From Candidatus Peribacteraceae bacterium (GTDB lineage: Bacteria > Patescibacteriota > Gracilibacteria > Peribacterales > Peribacteraceae), in NCBI GenBank assembly GCA_041666245.1, contig JBAYHG010000003.1, positions 15,977 through 79,976 of the forward strand: a stretch of 64,000 bases of DNA, in the 5' to 3' direction. This document shows positions 15,695 to 24,615 of the stretch, one piece after another. The translations under genes and the position numbers were made by a program. The notes under the pieces are model-generated. The model saw only the letters and a list, made by a program, of their open reading frames with translations, had not been told where the DNA came from and ran no database searches. Each line of letters begins with the position of its first letter. The first letter of the stretch is position 1.

Positions 15695-16404
15695 TCCCGG
15701 ACGAGTGATGAGGCTCTGTACAAACTCTCGAACGTTCCTGCGTCGATCCATTCTTTCCGCAGAATCGTCGCGGTCAGGTTCTTTCTCTCGAGGTATGCCC
15801 TGCTCACGTCCGTGATCTCGATCTCCCCGCGCGCGGACGGTTTGAGTGTCCGGATGATGTCGAAGCAATCCTTGTCGTAGACATAGCAGCCCGTAACGGC
15901 GTAGTTGGATTTCGGCTTCTTCGGTTTTTCTTCTATGGATACCACCTGAACACTTCCGTCCGTGTGTCCATCGAGCTCTGCGACACCGAAACGTTCCGGA
16001 TCGGGGACTTCTTTCAGGAACACGTGACCGCCGCTCTTGCATCGTTTGATCGTCGAAGAGAGATCGTCGAAGAAGATGTTGTCACCGAGGAGAGCACACA
16101 CCTGCTCATGATCTGCGAATTCTTCGGCAAGCCCCAATGCCTGCGCGATGCCACCGGGTTTTTCCTGCACTTTGAAGGCGAAGGTGCACCCGAAGCGCGA
16201 GCCGGATCCGAGGAATGCCGTCATCTGATCGAGGTGCTCGGGGCCCGTGATCACGGCGATGTCCTGGATCCCCGCGCTCAGGAGGATATGCAGAGGGTAG
16301 AGGATGAGCGGTTTGTCATACACAGGCAGCAGGCTCTTGTTCGTCACGTCCGTGAGGGGGCGAAGTCTGGAACCGGTGCCGCCGCAGATCAGAACTCCTT
16401 TCAT
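15673..16404 (-). CDS. rmlA: Glucose-1-phosphate thymidylyltransferase-like sugar nucleotidyltransferase (short form)
   Basis: MKGVLICGGTGSRLRPLTDVTNKSLLPVYDKPLILYPL..GGIAQAL..LGDNIF..PERFGV..EEKPKKPKSNYAVTGCYVYD... The G-x-G-T-R-L signature is present. It is divergent from rmlB. Specificity (dTDP versus other NDP) is not proven. Confidence 0.75.
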   Translation of the reverse strand: MKGVLICGGTGSRLRPLTDVTNKSLLPVYDKPLILYPLHILLSAGIQDIAVITGPEHLDQMTAFLGSGSRFGCTFAFKVQEKPGGIAQALGLAEEFADHEQVCALLGDNIFFDDLSSTIKRCKSGGHVFLKEVPDPERFGVAELDGHTDGSVQVVSIEEKPKKPKSNYAVTGCYVYDKDCFDIIRTLKPSARGEIEITDVSRAYLERKNLTATILRKEWIDAGTFESLYRASSLVRDHRNDAS

Positions 16405-16441
16405 GAGTTGGGGGTGTGACTACTATAGCTTCTTATGACAG

Positions 16442-16526
16442 AGGTGAGGAAGGTAAGGAAGGGTAGGAAGGTTTGTTTCATTGGGATTTTCTGCCGTTCC
16501 TTACGTTCCTGCCCTTCCTGCTTTCC
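16442..16526. repeat. Imperfect hairpin of 9-nt (T/G)NAGGAAGG units in a divergent promoter region
   Basis: The left arm is GAGGTGAGGAAGGTAAGGAAGGGTAGGAAGG, the loop is ~22 nt, and the right arm is CCGTTCCTTACGTTCCTGCCCTTCCTGCTTTCC. It lies between the starts of rmlA (16404, -) and rmlB (16546, +). Confidence 0.6.
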
Positions 16527-16545
16527 ATGCGCTACCATAGTCCGC

Positions 16546-17493
16546 ATGAACCTCTTGGTTACAGGTGCCGCAGGCTTCATCGGATCGCACTTCGTACTGC
16601 GGCACGTGGAGAAGTATCCGGACGATACCATCGTGGTGCTGGACAAGCTGACGTACGCGGCGGACAAGAAGCTGCTTGATCCGGTGATGAAGCGCATCCG
16701 TTTCATCGAGGGAGACATCGCGGATGTGGTCCTCGTTTCGCAGCTGATCAAGCGGTACGGCATCGAGACGATCGTGAATTTCGCAGCGGAGACGCACGTC
16801 GACCGTTCGATCAAAGACGCCGTTCCTTTCCTGCACACGAATGTCATCGGGGTGCAGGCGCTCATCGAGGTGTGCAAAGCTTTTCCGGACGTACTCCTCT
16901 TCCACATTTCCACTGATGAGGTCTACGGCGATCTGAAGGACGGGGAGCGCCCCAGGCGTCCCGAGGATCCGCTCTCACCGAGCTCGCCTTACTCCGCCAC
17001 GAAAGCGTCCGGAGATTTGTTGCTCCTTGCCGCCGTTCGCACCTTCGGCATCCACGTCCGCATCGCGCGTTGCACCAATAACTTTGGCCCGCACCAGGCA
17101 TCGGAGAAATTCATCCCGACCGTCATCCGGACCGCCATGGCCGACAAACCAGTTCCGATCTACGCGAAGGGGAAGAACAAACGAGATTGGCTCTTCGTCA
17201 CGGATCACTGCGATGCGTTGGAGATGGTGCTCCATGCCGATGGCGTTGATGGGAAGATCTTCAATATTTCCGCTGATGACGAGCAGGAGAATGTGACGGT
17301 GGCGAACATGATTCTCTCCATTCTCAAGAAGCCGGAGAGTTTGCTCTCCTTCGTTCCGGACCGTCCCGGCCACGACTGGCGCTACGCGCTCGATTCATCC
17401 CTGGTTCGCAGTATGGGATGGAAACCTTCCGTGACGTTCCGGGAGGGGCTGGAGAAGACGGTTGCTTGGTATGTTCAGAAGGCAGGGAGGTAA
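16546..17493 (+). CDS. rmlB: dTDP-glucose 4,6-dehydratase
   Basis: MNLLVTGAAGFIGSHFV..VVLDKLTYAA..FIEGDI..VNFAAETHVDRS..ISTDEVYG..SPYSATKASGDLL..RCTNNFGPHQ..EKFIP.. shows the GxxGxxG, TDEVYG and YxxxK motifs. The ATG at 16546 was confirmed. Confidence 0.9.
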   Translation: MNLLVTGAAGFIGSHFVLRHVEKYPDDTIVVLDKLTYAADKKLLDPVMKRIRFIEGDIADVVLVSQLIKRYGIETIVNFAAETHVDRSIKDAVPFLHTNVIGVQALIEVCKAFPDVLLFHISTDEVYGDLKDGERPRRPEDPLSPSSPYSATKASGDLLLLAAVRTFGIHVRIARCTNNFGPHQASEKFIPTVIRTAMADKPVPIYAKGKNKRDWLFVTDHCDALEMVLHADGVDGKIFNISADDEQENVTVANMILSILKKPESLLSFVPDRPGHDWRYALDSSLVRSMGWKPSVTFREGLEKTVAWYVQKAGR

Positions 17494-17518
17494 GAAAGGG
17501 CAGAGAAGGCAGAAAGGA
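17478..17518. repeat. Purine-rich 9-nt periodic tract overlapping the rmlB stop
   Basis: GAAGGCAGGGAGGTAAGAAAGGGCAGAGAAGGCAGAAAGGA contains the same 21-mer as 7827..7869. Confidence 0.6.
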
Positions 17519-17611
17519 TTTCCAGAGGTGCGTTATGGAATTTCGAGAGTCCCGGAGGCAAGAAAGTGCGCTATCATTGGGGGGTGAAGATTGTCTTGGC
17601 CACCCGTCTTC

Positions 17612-17650
17612 GCTCCTTCGGAGCTACGCCGGGCAGGCCGGGATAGCTCC
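17612..17650 (+). promoter_or_regulatory. Nested stem-loops in the 5' leader of the GT4 operon (REP-like sequence)
   Basis: GCTCC-TTC-GGAGC lies at 17612..17624. GGAGCTA..(CCGG-GCAGG-CCGG)..TAGCTCC lies at 17620..17650 and ends 9 nt before the ATG at 17660. Confidence 0.45.
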
Positions 17651-17659
17651 TTCTCCGTT

Positions 17660-18742
17660 ATGAAGATCATCCTTGCCACTGGGATCTATCCTCCGAGCAT
17701 CGGCGGACCGGCTACGTACGTTCGCAAGATCGCGGAAGAGCTCACGGCGATGTACGAGCAGGTGACGGTCGTCACGTTCCGGCCGTCGGGACAGGTGGCG
17801 GAAGCGCCATGGAAGATCGTGACCGTCTCGAAAGGGGGCGGGCCGCTCCTGCGATGGTGGCGTTACTCCCGGGCACTCAAGCGGGAGGCGGCGGATGCTG
17901 ATGTGGTCGAAGCGTTCTCCACCGTCAGTGCAGGCGTTCCACTCGTCCTCGCACGTCTGAAGAAGCCGAAGAAGGTCCTGCGGCTCGGCGGGGATTTCCT
18001 CTGGGAGCGCTATACGGATCTCAGGGGCAAGAAGTCATTGCGGCAGTGGTATGCGGCGCGCCCTCCGCTCCTCTGGCTCCTCGCGCGGCACCTCCGGCAG
18101 TTCGATCACATCGTCTTTTCCACGCTGTTCCAGGAGCAACTCTACCAACATGCATTCCCGCGTCTGCCGCGCCATTCCGTCATCGAGAATGCGCTGCCTG
18201 AGGGCGCGTTGACGCTCCATGCCCGGCACGATCCTCTGCGCCTGCTCTTCCTCGGTCGCTTCGTGCGATTCAAGAATCTGCGCCCTCTCCTCCATGCTGT
18301 CGCCGCTCTTCCACACGTGACACTCACGCTCCTCGGCAAGGGGCCGGTGTCGAAGGAGCTCTCGCTTCTCGCGCAGAAGCTGCACCTCAAGGGGCGTCTC
18401 ATGTTCGTGCCGCCGGTGTCGGGTGAGGAGAAAGACAAAGCCCTGCGCGAGCACGACCTGCTCGTCATCCCGTCCATCACGGAAATCAGTCCGCACGTGG
18501 CGCTGGAAGCCCGTGCAAGCGGGTTGCCGGTGCTCCTCACGGAAGAGACGGGGCTGGGGGAGGAACTTCGGAGCGGCATGGTCCTCGCTCCGCTTCGGAC
18601 GACGGAGGAGATCACGCGAGCGGTGCTCGAGATGGAGCATCGATACGAAGAGGTGGCGCAGCAGGCCGCTTCCCCGTTCCGGGAACGGCGGTGGGAGGAA
18701 GTTGCTCACGAACATCAGGCGCTGTTCCAGAGTCTGCAATGA
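17660..18742 (+). CDS. GT4 family glycosyltransferase
   Basis: MKIILATGIYPPSIGGPATYVRKIAEEL..LLFLGRFVRFKNL..IPSITEISPHVALEARASGLPVLLTEETG... The ATG at 17660 was confirmed. Confidence 0.85.
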   Translation: MKIILATGIYPPSIGGPATYVRKIAEELTAMYEQVTVVTFRPSGQVAEAPWKIVTVSKGGGPLLRWWRYSRALKREAADADVVEAFSTVSAGVPLVLARLKKPKKVLRLGGDFLWERYTDLRGKKSLRQWYAARPPLLWLLARHLRQFDHIVFSTLFQEQLYQHAFPRLPRHSVIENALPEGALTLHARHDPLRLLFLGRFVRFKNLRPLLHAVAALPHVTLTLLGKGPVSKELSLLAQKLHLKGRLMFVPPVSGEEKDKALREHDLLVIPSITEISPHVALEARASGLPVLLTEETGLGEELRSGMVLAPLRTTEEITRAVLEMEHRYEEVAQQAASPFRERRWEEVAHEHQALFQSLQ

Positions 18743-19839
18743 AACTCCTCATGATTTCCGGCGATCGTACGCTCGCAGCCGGAAGGCGCGGTGCCTTCTG
18801 GTACACACTCGAGCTCCTCCGAACGCACTTCACGCGGATCGACATCATCTGTCCGCAGACAAAGGGAGGGTTGTCCTTTCCGCAGCCATTTCCCAATGTG
18901 TTTCTCCACCCCTCTCCATGGGGACTCATGCGACAACCACTCTGGATTCTCAAGAGAGGGAAAGACATAGTTCGCCATCAACGTCCCGAGGTTATGACCG
19001 TGCATGAGTACCCGCCTTTTTTCAACGGCCTCGGCGCCTTCTTCCTCCATCGTGCCACCCATATCCCGTATGCGCTCGAGATCCATCACATCGTTGGCTC
19101 TCCCGTTTCGTCGTCTGTGTCCGAGTGGTGCGGTCGTCAGCTCTCACGGCTCTTCCTGCCGCTCGATGTACGGTCTGCGAAGCGCGTTCGTACGGTCAAT
19201 CATTCCGTCCGCGCGATGTTGCTCGCGTGGAGTGTACCGGAGGAGAAGGTCGAGGTGGTGCCGTCCCTGTACCTGGATATGCAACTCCTGCAGCCGTACC
19301 GGGATGCGCCGAAAAAGTATGACGTGGCCTTCTGCGGACGACTCGTCGCGAACAAGGGGCTCATGGGTCTCCTCCGCGCACTCGCGCTGGTACCGGATAC
19401 AACGCTCCTCGTGATCGGCGACGGTCCGCTGCGCCGGAAAGCGGAGAAACTTTCACAGCGGCTGGGTCTTCAGAGCCGTGTGACATTCGCCGGGTGGTTG
19501 CCTTCACAGAAGCAGGTGGTTTCCGCTCTCTCTTCCGCGCGCATGTTCGTGATGAATTCCCGGAGCGAGGGTGGGCCGCGCGTGGCTCTGGAAGCCATGG
19601 CGTGCGGTTTGCCTGTGATCGCGACATCCGTCGGCGTGATGCCCGAAGTCATCCGGAATGGCGAGAATGGCGTGCTCATTCCCATGCAGACGCGCGCCCT
19701 CACGGATGCCATCACGTTGCTGCGCAACGATGCCAAGCTTCGCGACAGCATGGCGCACGAGGCGGCGAAGGGCATCGAGCGTTTCGAGAGGAAGGCCGCC
19801 ATCGAGACGTACGCGCGTTTCATTTCCTCGCTCGCATGA
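18739..19839 (+). CDS. GT4/GT1 family glycosyltransferase
   Basis: MKLLMISGDRTLAAGRRGAFWYTLE..AFCGRLVANKGL..MNSRSEGGPRVALEAMACGLPVIATSVGVMPEVI... The start overlaps the previous stop (ATGA). Confidence 0.85.
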   Translation: MKLLMISGDRTLAAGRRGAFWYTLELLRTHFTRIDIICPQTKGGLSFPQPFPNVFLHPSPWGLMRQPLWILKRGKDIVRHQRPEVMTVHEYPPFFNGLGAFFLHRATHIPYALEIHHIVGSPVSSSVSEWCGRQLSRLFLPLDVRSAKRVRTVNHSVRAMLLAWSVPEEKVEVVPSLYLDMQLLQPYRDAPKKYDVAFCGRLVANKGLMGLLRALALVPDTTLLVIGDGPLRRKAEKLSQRLGLQSRVTFAGWLPSQKQVVSALSSARMFVMNSRSEGGPRVALEAMACGLPVIATSVGVMPEVIRNGENGVLIPMQTRALTDAITLLRNDAKLRDSMAHEAAKGIERFERKAAIETYARFISSLA

Positions 19840-20828
19840 GACTTCTCTTCATTACGCAGAAATTGCACGGCCAAGATTCGTTTGGGATTCATTGGGTACG
19901 GGAGTTCCGTCGGCAGGGATTCGACGTCACCGTTCTCTGTCTGGAGGATCTCGTCTCGCCGCTGGAATTTCCGGTGCTCTCTCTGGGCAAAGAGATCGGG
20001 ATCGGCAAGGTGGGGCAAGTTATCCGTTTCTTCCGTCACATCGTCACCGCGCGCTACGACCGCGTCTTCATTCACATGAGTCCCGTGTGGGGTCTGCTCG
20101 GCGCATGGTGGTGGGTGCCGTGCAGGATTCCCGTGTATTTGTGGTACACACACTACAAGAATTCGTGCTCCTTCCGCGTGACGGCGTCCTTCGCGAAGCG
20201 GCTCTTCTGCGCCACGTCCCAGAGCATGCCGACCTATGAAGGATCGCCGAAAAAAGTCGTCTGCGGCCATGGGATCGATCTCTCCGTGTGGCCCAAACGG
20301 GAGAATAAGTCAGAGGATCCGCGTTCGCTCGTCGCCGTTCATCGACTCTCCCGCTCGAAGCGCGTTGAGCTCCTGCTTCGGGCTCTCACGCTGCTCCCCG
20401 GGTACCGGCTGGATATCTTCGGGATCGCGGCGGAGCCCGATTACGTCGCGGAACTCAAAGCTCTCACGAAGGAACTCGGCCTCGACCGCCGCGCAGCTTT
20501 CCACGGAACCGTTCCCTTGCACCTGCTCCCGCAGGTTTACTCGATGCATCGCCTCATTCTCAATGAAGCGTCCGAGACCATCGACAAAACGATGCTGGAG
20601 GCCATGACGTGCGGCTGCTATCCGGTGACGACGAAGCGCAATGCTGAGGCCATCGGCATTCCATTCGCTCCGGAGGAGGACACGCCTGAAGCCATCGCAG
20701 CGTTTGTGACGGAGCATGCGGAACGATTGCCGATGAATCCCGAGGAAATGTACAACGTCGTGAAAGAGCGCCACAGTCTCGAGGGACTCGTGAGGAAGAT
20801 GGGGGAGTACATACGGTCGGGGACGTAA
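19836..20828 (+). CDS. GT1/GT4-like glycosyltransferase (divergent)
   Basis: MRLLFITQKLHGQDSFGIHWVREF..VAVHRLSRSKRVELLL..ILNEASETIDKTMLEAMTCGCYPVTT... It has a GT-B C-domain motif. The start overlaps the previous stop (ATGA). Confidence 0.7.
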   Translation: MRLLFITQKLHGQDSFGIHWVREFRRQGFDVTVLCLEDLVSPLEFPVLSLGKEIGIGKVGQVIRFFRHIVTARYDRVFIHMSPVWGLLGAWWWVPCRIPVYLWYTHYKNSCSFRVTASFAKRLFCATSQSMPTYEGSPKKVVCGHGIDLSVWPKRENKSEDPRSLVAVHRLSRSKRVELLLRALTLLPGYRLDIFGIAAEPDYVAELKALTKELGLDRRAAFHGTVPLHLLPQVYSMHRLILNEASETIDKTMLEAMTCGCYPVTTKRNAEAIGIPFAPEEDTPEAIAAFVTEHAERLPMNPEEMYNVVKERHSLEGLVRKMGEYIRSGT

Positions 20829-20918
20829 ATCCCAAGTGCCAAGGAGTCAAATCCCAAGGACGAGTTGGGGATAAGCGCTCATTTGAAAATCGATTGGGAT
20901 TTGGGGCCTTGGGATTTT
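20827..20918. terminator. Long hairpin of AAATCCCAAG-type units between convergent genes (bidirectional terminator candidate)
   Basis: The left arm is AAATCCCAAGTGCCAAGGAGTCAAATCCCAAGG and the right arm is ATTGGGATTTGGGGCCTTGGGATTTT. It uses the same unit family as 12025..12086. Confidence 0.5.
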
Positions 20919-20923
20919 AGTGC

Positions 20924-22018
20924 TTACGAGAATGCCTTCACCCCCTCGCAGATTTCCCCGATCTGTTCCTCCGTCAGTTCCGCGAACATTGGCAACGAGA
21001 GGATTTCTGTCGCGAGCTTCTCGGCATTCGGGAAGTCGCCCTTCTTCCATCCACGGAATGCGTAGGCTTTCTGCAGGTGGATCGGGATCGGGTAGTGGAT
21101 ACCGGAGGCGATCTTTCGTTCTGCCAGGAACTTCTGTAGTGCGTCCCTCTTCTCTGACCGGATGACGAAGAGGTGGTAGACCGCTGTCCGGTTCGGGGCG
21201 TCCACGATGAGTTCGACAGACCCTTCCAGTGCTTTCCTGAGGGATGCGGCGTGTTTCCTCCGTGTGTTGTTCCATGTATCCAGATGCGGGAGCTTCACGC
21301 CGAGGACCGCGCCCTGCAGCCCATCCATCCGCTCGTTCCAGCCGACCAGCTCATGCCGATACTTCTCGGGCGAGCCGTGATCCCGGAGCATCTTCGCCTT
21401 CGCGGCTACCGCGGGATCGTTCGTCGTGAGGGCGCCGGCGTCGCCGTAGGCACCCAGGTTCTTGCCGGGGTAGAAGCTGAACGCCGCACCGTCGGCGAGG
21501 CTGCCGGTTTTCTTCCCCTTGTACATCGCGCCGTGTGCCTGGCAGGCATCCTCGAAGACCTTCAGCCCGTGTTTCTTCCCAATGGCATTGATTTCATCCA
21601 TGTCGGCCGGCTGACCATAGAGGTGGACGGGGATGATCGCCTTCGTGCGCTTGGTGATCGCCGCCTCGATCTTTGACGGATCGATGAGCGCGGTGTCTTC
21701 CAGACAATCGACGAGGATGGGGGTTGCCCCCACATGCGAAATTCCCTCCGCCGTCGCGATGAACGTATTGGCCACCGTGATCACTTCGTCTCCCTGCCCG
21801 ATGCCGTTTGCCTGCAGCAGGAGAGCGATCGCCGAGGTGCCGGAGCTGAGGCCCACGCAGTGACCGGCGCCGCAGTACGCGGCGAAGGCCTTCTCAAATT
21901 CCGCGACGGCCGGTCCGAGGATGTAGGCGGAGCTGTCGAGGACGCGTTGCATCGCCGCTTCCATTTCTTTTTTAAGAGGGCGGTACTGGGCCTGCAGGTC
22001 GAGGAAGGGGGTGGGCAT
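20924..22018 (-). CDS. DegT/DnrJ/EryC1/StrS family sugar aminotransferase (copy 1)
   Basis: [78 protein letters not shown]... Confidence 0.9.
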   Translation of the reverse strand: MPTPFLDLQAQYRPLKKEMEAAMQRVLDSSAYILGPAVAEFEKAFAAYCGAGHCVGLSSGTSAIALLLQANGIGQGDEVITVANTFIATAEGISHVGATPILVDCLEDTALIDPSKIEAAITKRTKAIIPVHLYGQPADMDEINAIGKKHGLKVFEDACQAHGAMYKGKKTGSLADGAAFSFYPGKNLGAYGDAGALTTNDPAVAAKAKMLRDHGSPEKYRHELVGWNERMDGLQGAVLGVKLPHLDTWNNTRRKHAASLRKALEGSVELIVDAPNRTAVYHLFVIRSEKRDALQKFLAERKIASGIHYPIPIHLQKAYAFRGWKKGDFPNAEKLATEILSLPMFAELTEEQIGEICEGVKAFS

Positions 22019-22048
22019 AGTGGGCAGAGAATACTATCCTTCCGTCAC

Positions 22049-22585
22049 ATGGCAAATCGCGCTTTCGTCGTCCGGGGCACTTCCATCGGTTTGTCGGACA
22101 TGATGGAAAAAGACCAGCCGCTCTTCCGGAGTTGGCTTGCAAACAACGAAGAACTGCGTCGCCTGATCGATGATTCGCGCATCCCCACAGAAGAAGACCA
22201 GGCCCGATGGTTCGATCGGTGCAAGCAACCCGACAGGCGGTTCTTCTCGATTCTCACGACGGACGGAAGGCTCATCGGCAACTGCGGTCTCGTGGATATC
22301 GACCGGGAAGCGGGTACGTCGGTTCTTCGCGTCACCATCGGCGATTCGGAAGCTCTCGGAAAGGGCTACGGCACCGAGGCGGTGTCCCTCCTCCTGTGGT
22401 ACGCTTTCCACGAGCTGCCGATGCACGCCGTTTCCCTGCGAGTGCTCCTGCACAATACGCGGGCGATCCGCGCCTACGAAAAAGCGGGATTCCGTCCGAC
22501 GGGCGAAGCAAAAAGCAGCGGGGGTGAACCGGAGCTGATCATGACCATCCGGGCCGCCGACTTCTCCTCTCCGCTTCTCTCATGA
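22049..22585 (+). CDS. GNAT family N-acetyltransferase (RimJ/RimL-like)
   Basis: ..EEDQARWFD..RFFSILTTDGRLIGNCGLVDIDREAGTSVLRVTIGDSEALGKGYGTEAV..RVLLHNTRAIRAYEKAGFR... The start could be the ATG at 22049 or the downstream MMEKDQ. Confidence 0.75.
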   Translation: MANRAFVVRGTSIGLSDMMEKDQPLFRSWLANNEELRRLIDDSRIPTEEDQARWFDRCKQPDRRFFSILTTDGRLIGNCGLVDIDREAGTSVLRVTIGDSEALGKGYGTEAVSLLLWYAFHELPMHAVSLRVLLHNTRAIRAYEKAGFRPTGEAKSSGGEPELIMTIRAADFSSPLLS

Positions 22586-23562
22586 GCCTCACCCTTGTGC
22601 CCTACACCGACGATCAGGCGGGCGCCTGGGATGCCTTCGTGCGGGATTCCCGCAACGGCACGCTCTTTCACACGCAGCGGCTCCTCGGGTATCACCCGCA
22701 AGGTCGTTTCGAGGATCACTCGCTCCTCTTCCGCGACGGCTCTGCCATTCGTGCCGTGCTTCCCGGTGCGTTCAGGCGCGAGGAGGGGAAGGTGCGCTTC
22801 ATTTCTCACCCCGGCTCGACGCTGGGCGGGATGGTCCTCGCTCCCAGGGAGGGCGTGGCGACGACGATGGCCTGCCTGGATCTGCTCCTCGAACACCTGC
22901 GGAGTGAAGGAGTCTCTGCCGCGACGTTCTTTCGTCTCACGTCGTCACTCGCGCGCAGGGCTCCCTCCGATGATCAGGAGTACGCGCTGCTCCAGCATGG
23001 CTTCCGTCTCTTTCGCTATGAGCTTGGGAGCATGATTTCGCTCGACGGAGTCGGGGAGGAGGATCTCCTCGGTCTCTTCGACGTTCAGTGCCGAAACCAG
23101 GTGCGACAGGCGGAGCGTGCAGGTGTCGTCGTGCGACAGAGCGAGGATTTCGAGGCCTACTGGCCGATCCTCGAGCAGACGCTCGACGCGCGCCACGGCG
23201 TGCATCCGACGCACACCATCCCCGAAATGCGCAGGATCGTGGAGCGATGCCCGGGGGAAATCCGCTTCTACGGGGCCGAGCTTCAGGGTCGCCTCATCGC
23301 AGGTCTCATGACCATGTCGCTCACGGAGCGTTGCGAGTACGTGAAGTACATGGCGCAGGACTACAGTCATCAAAAGGCCCGGCCCATGAATCTCCTCATT
23401 GTCGCGACGCTGAAAGATTGTCTGCGTCGTGGCGTGGGAGTCCTCGATCTCGGCGTTTCCATGGATGTGAGCGGGGAGAAGATTCACCCCGGTCTCTTCG
23501 CGTTCAAGGAAGGATTCGGCGCTCACGGGGTTCGGCGTGAGAGCTTTACGATCGACCTATGA
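22582..23562 (+). CDS. FemAB-like / Acetyltransf_6-type acyltransferase (GNAT-fold duplication)
   Basis: 326 aa: MSLTLVPYTDDQAGAWDAFVRDSRNGTLFHTQRLLGYH..NQVRQAERAGVVV..IRFYGAELQGRLIAGLMTMS..YVKYMAQD..GVLDLGVS..GLFAFKEGFGA... The overall pattern resembles the FemX/FemAB-related proteins seen in exopolysaccharide loci. The assignment is by eye. Confidence 0.55.
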   Translation: MSLTLVPYTDDQAGAWDAFVRDSRNGTLFHTQRLLGYHPQGRFEDHSLLFRDGSAIRAVLPGAFRREEGKVRFISHPGSTLGGMVLAPREGVATTMACLDLLLEHLRSEGVSAATFFRLTSSLARRAPSDDQEYALLQHGFRLFRYELGSMISLDGVGEEDLLGLFDVQCRNQVRQAERAGVVVRQSEDFEAYWPILEQTLDARHGVHPTHTIPEMRRIVERCPGEIRFYGAELQGRLIAGLMTMSLTERCEYVKYMAQDYSHQKARPMNLLIVATLKDCLRRGVGVLDLGVSMDVSGEKIHPGLFAFKEGFGAHGVRRESFTIDL

Positions 23563-24374
23563 CCGCACCGCGGAGCATTCCCTGTTCGGTCCTCGTCCTC
23601 ACGCGCAACTCCGCCGCGACGATCGGGCGGTGTCTGCACAACCTCGCGCCTTTCGGCGAAATCCTCGTTCACGATGCCAACAGCACGGACGACACGCAGG
23701 CGATCGCGAAGAGCTTCGGCGCGAAGATTCTCAAGCAGGAGGACACCGATGAACCGGCGGTCCGCATCAAGAATTTCACCGATATGCGCTTCAAACAGCG
23801 TGATGCCGCCGCGTTTGACTGGGTGCTCTACCTCGATTCCGACGAAGAACTCAGCGATGGGCTGGTGGAGGAGATCGGTCGCATCCTTCCTCATGCGGAC
23901 GTGAAGACGATCGTGAAAGTGCGCAGGCTTCCTGTCATTGATGGTCGTGTGAGGAAGTACGGGTTGCGCACGCCGGAGATCGTTCCGCGCATCCACCACC
24001 GTCGGAGCGGTTGCACGTTCAAGACCGGCAAAGTCGTCCACGAAAAGTATGTCTACGACGAGTCCTTTACCGAGGTGCTCTGCAAGGAGCCACTCCTTTT
24101 CCCACTGCCCGCGTTTTCAGATCTGCTCGCGAAGGACGACGGCTACGTTGCGATGGACACTGCGAAGAGGCGAGAGGCGGGAATCCGTTTCGGCTGGTAT
24201 CTGCGCTGGGTTCTTCTCCGGGAACCGCTCCTCCTTCTGTCGCTCCTTTTCCGGATGGTGGTGCGTTTGCCTCTGTACCTGCGCCGCGACAGCGTTCCCT
24301 TCGCCTATGACTGGCGGTATGTCCGCTACCACTGGAAACTTCTCAAGGCGATGACGACGGCAATGTTTGCGTGA
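23559..24374 (+). CDS. GT2 family glycosyltransferase
   Basis: ..CSVLVLTRNSAATIGRCL..ILVHDANSTDDT..WVLYLDSDEEL.. shows the DxD motif. There is a C-terminal amphipathic/hydrophobic segment. The start overlaps the previous stop (ATGA). Confidence 0.75.
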   Translation: MTAPRSIPCSVLVLTRNSAATIGRCLHNLAPFGEILVHDANSTDDTQAIAKSFGAKILKQEDTDEPAVRIKNFTDMRFKQRDAAAFDWVLYLDSDEELSDGLVEEIGRILPHADVKTIVKVRRLPVIDGRVRKYGLRTPEIVPRIHHRRSGCTFKTGKVVHEKYVYDESFTEVLCKEPLLFPLPAFSDLLAKDDGYVAMDTAKRREAGIRFGWYLRWVLLREPLLLLSLLFRMVVRLPLYLRRDSVPFAYDWRYVRYHWKLLKAMTTAMFA

Positions 24375-24410
24375 AGGATGCCTGAGTATCGGGGATGAGA
24401 AAGAGTGTCT

Positions 24411-24615
24411 TTGTTCTTCCACCTTTTTCCATGCGAAAAAGGTGGAGCCAAAAGCGCGGGCGCTCCAAGCACCTCTCCGCCCGGCCCCGCGCCTCCTCGC
24501 CGTCTCCTTCCGGGCCGTACGGAGCCGGCTCGTCGGCGATGTGCTGCGGCACGGGGCCTTCCCCTTCACCCCCCGTGGAGCGCCACCCCTCCTGTTATTG
24601 TTCAGTGTATTTGTT
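24411..24615 (+). repeat. Structured intergenic repeat, copy B (full length) between convergent genes
   Basis: It has an 11-bp hairpin CCACCTTTTTC-CATGC-GAAAAAGGTGG at 24419..24445. It then follows the same order of blocks as copy A, including the near-identical ~63-nt block GGAGCCGGCTCGTCGGCGATGTGCTGCGGCACGGGGCCTTCCCCTTCACCCCCCGTGGAGCGC. Confidence 0.8.

Noticed and set aside
3852-20918. The periodic repeats (9-13-nt units) as a possible CRISPR array or minisatellite-encoded protein repeats
   Set aside because: The units are far shorter than CRISPR repeats and are contiguous, with no spacers. There are only 3-4 units per arm, arranged as inverted arms. No cas genes are present. Their translation into KEA/FLG-type peptides occurs only in over-extended ORF ends.
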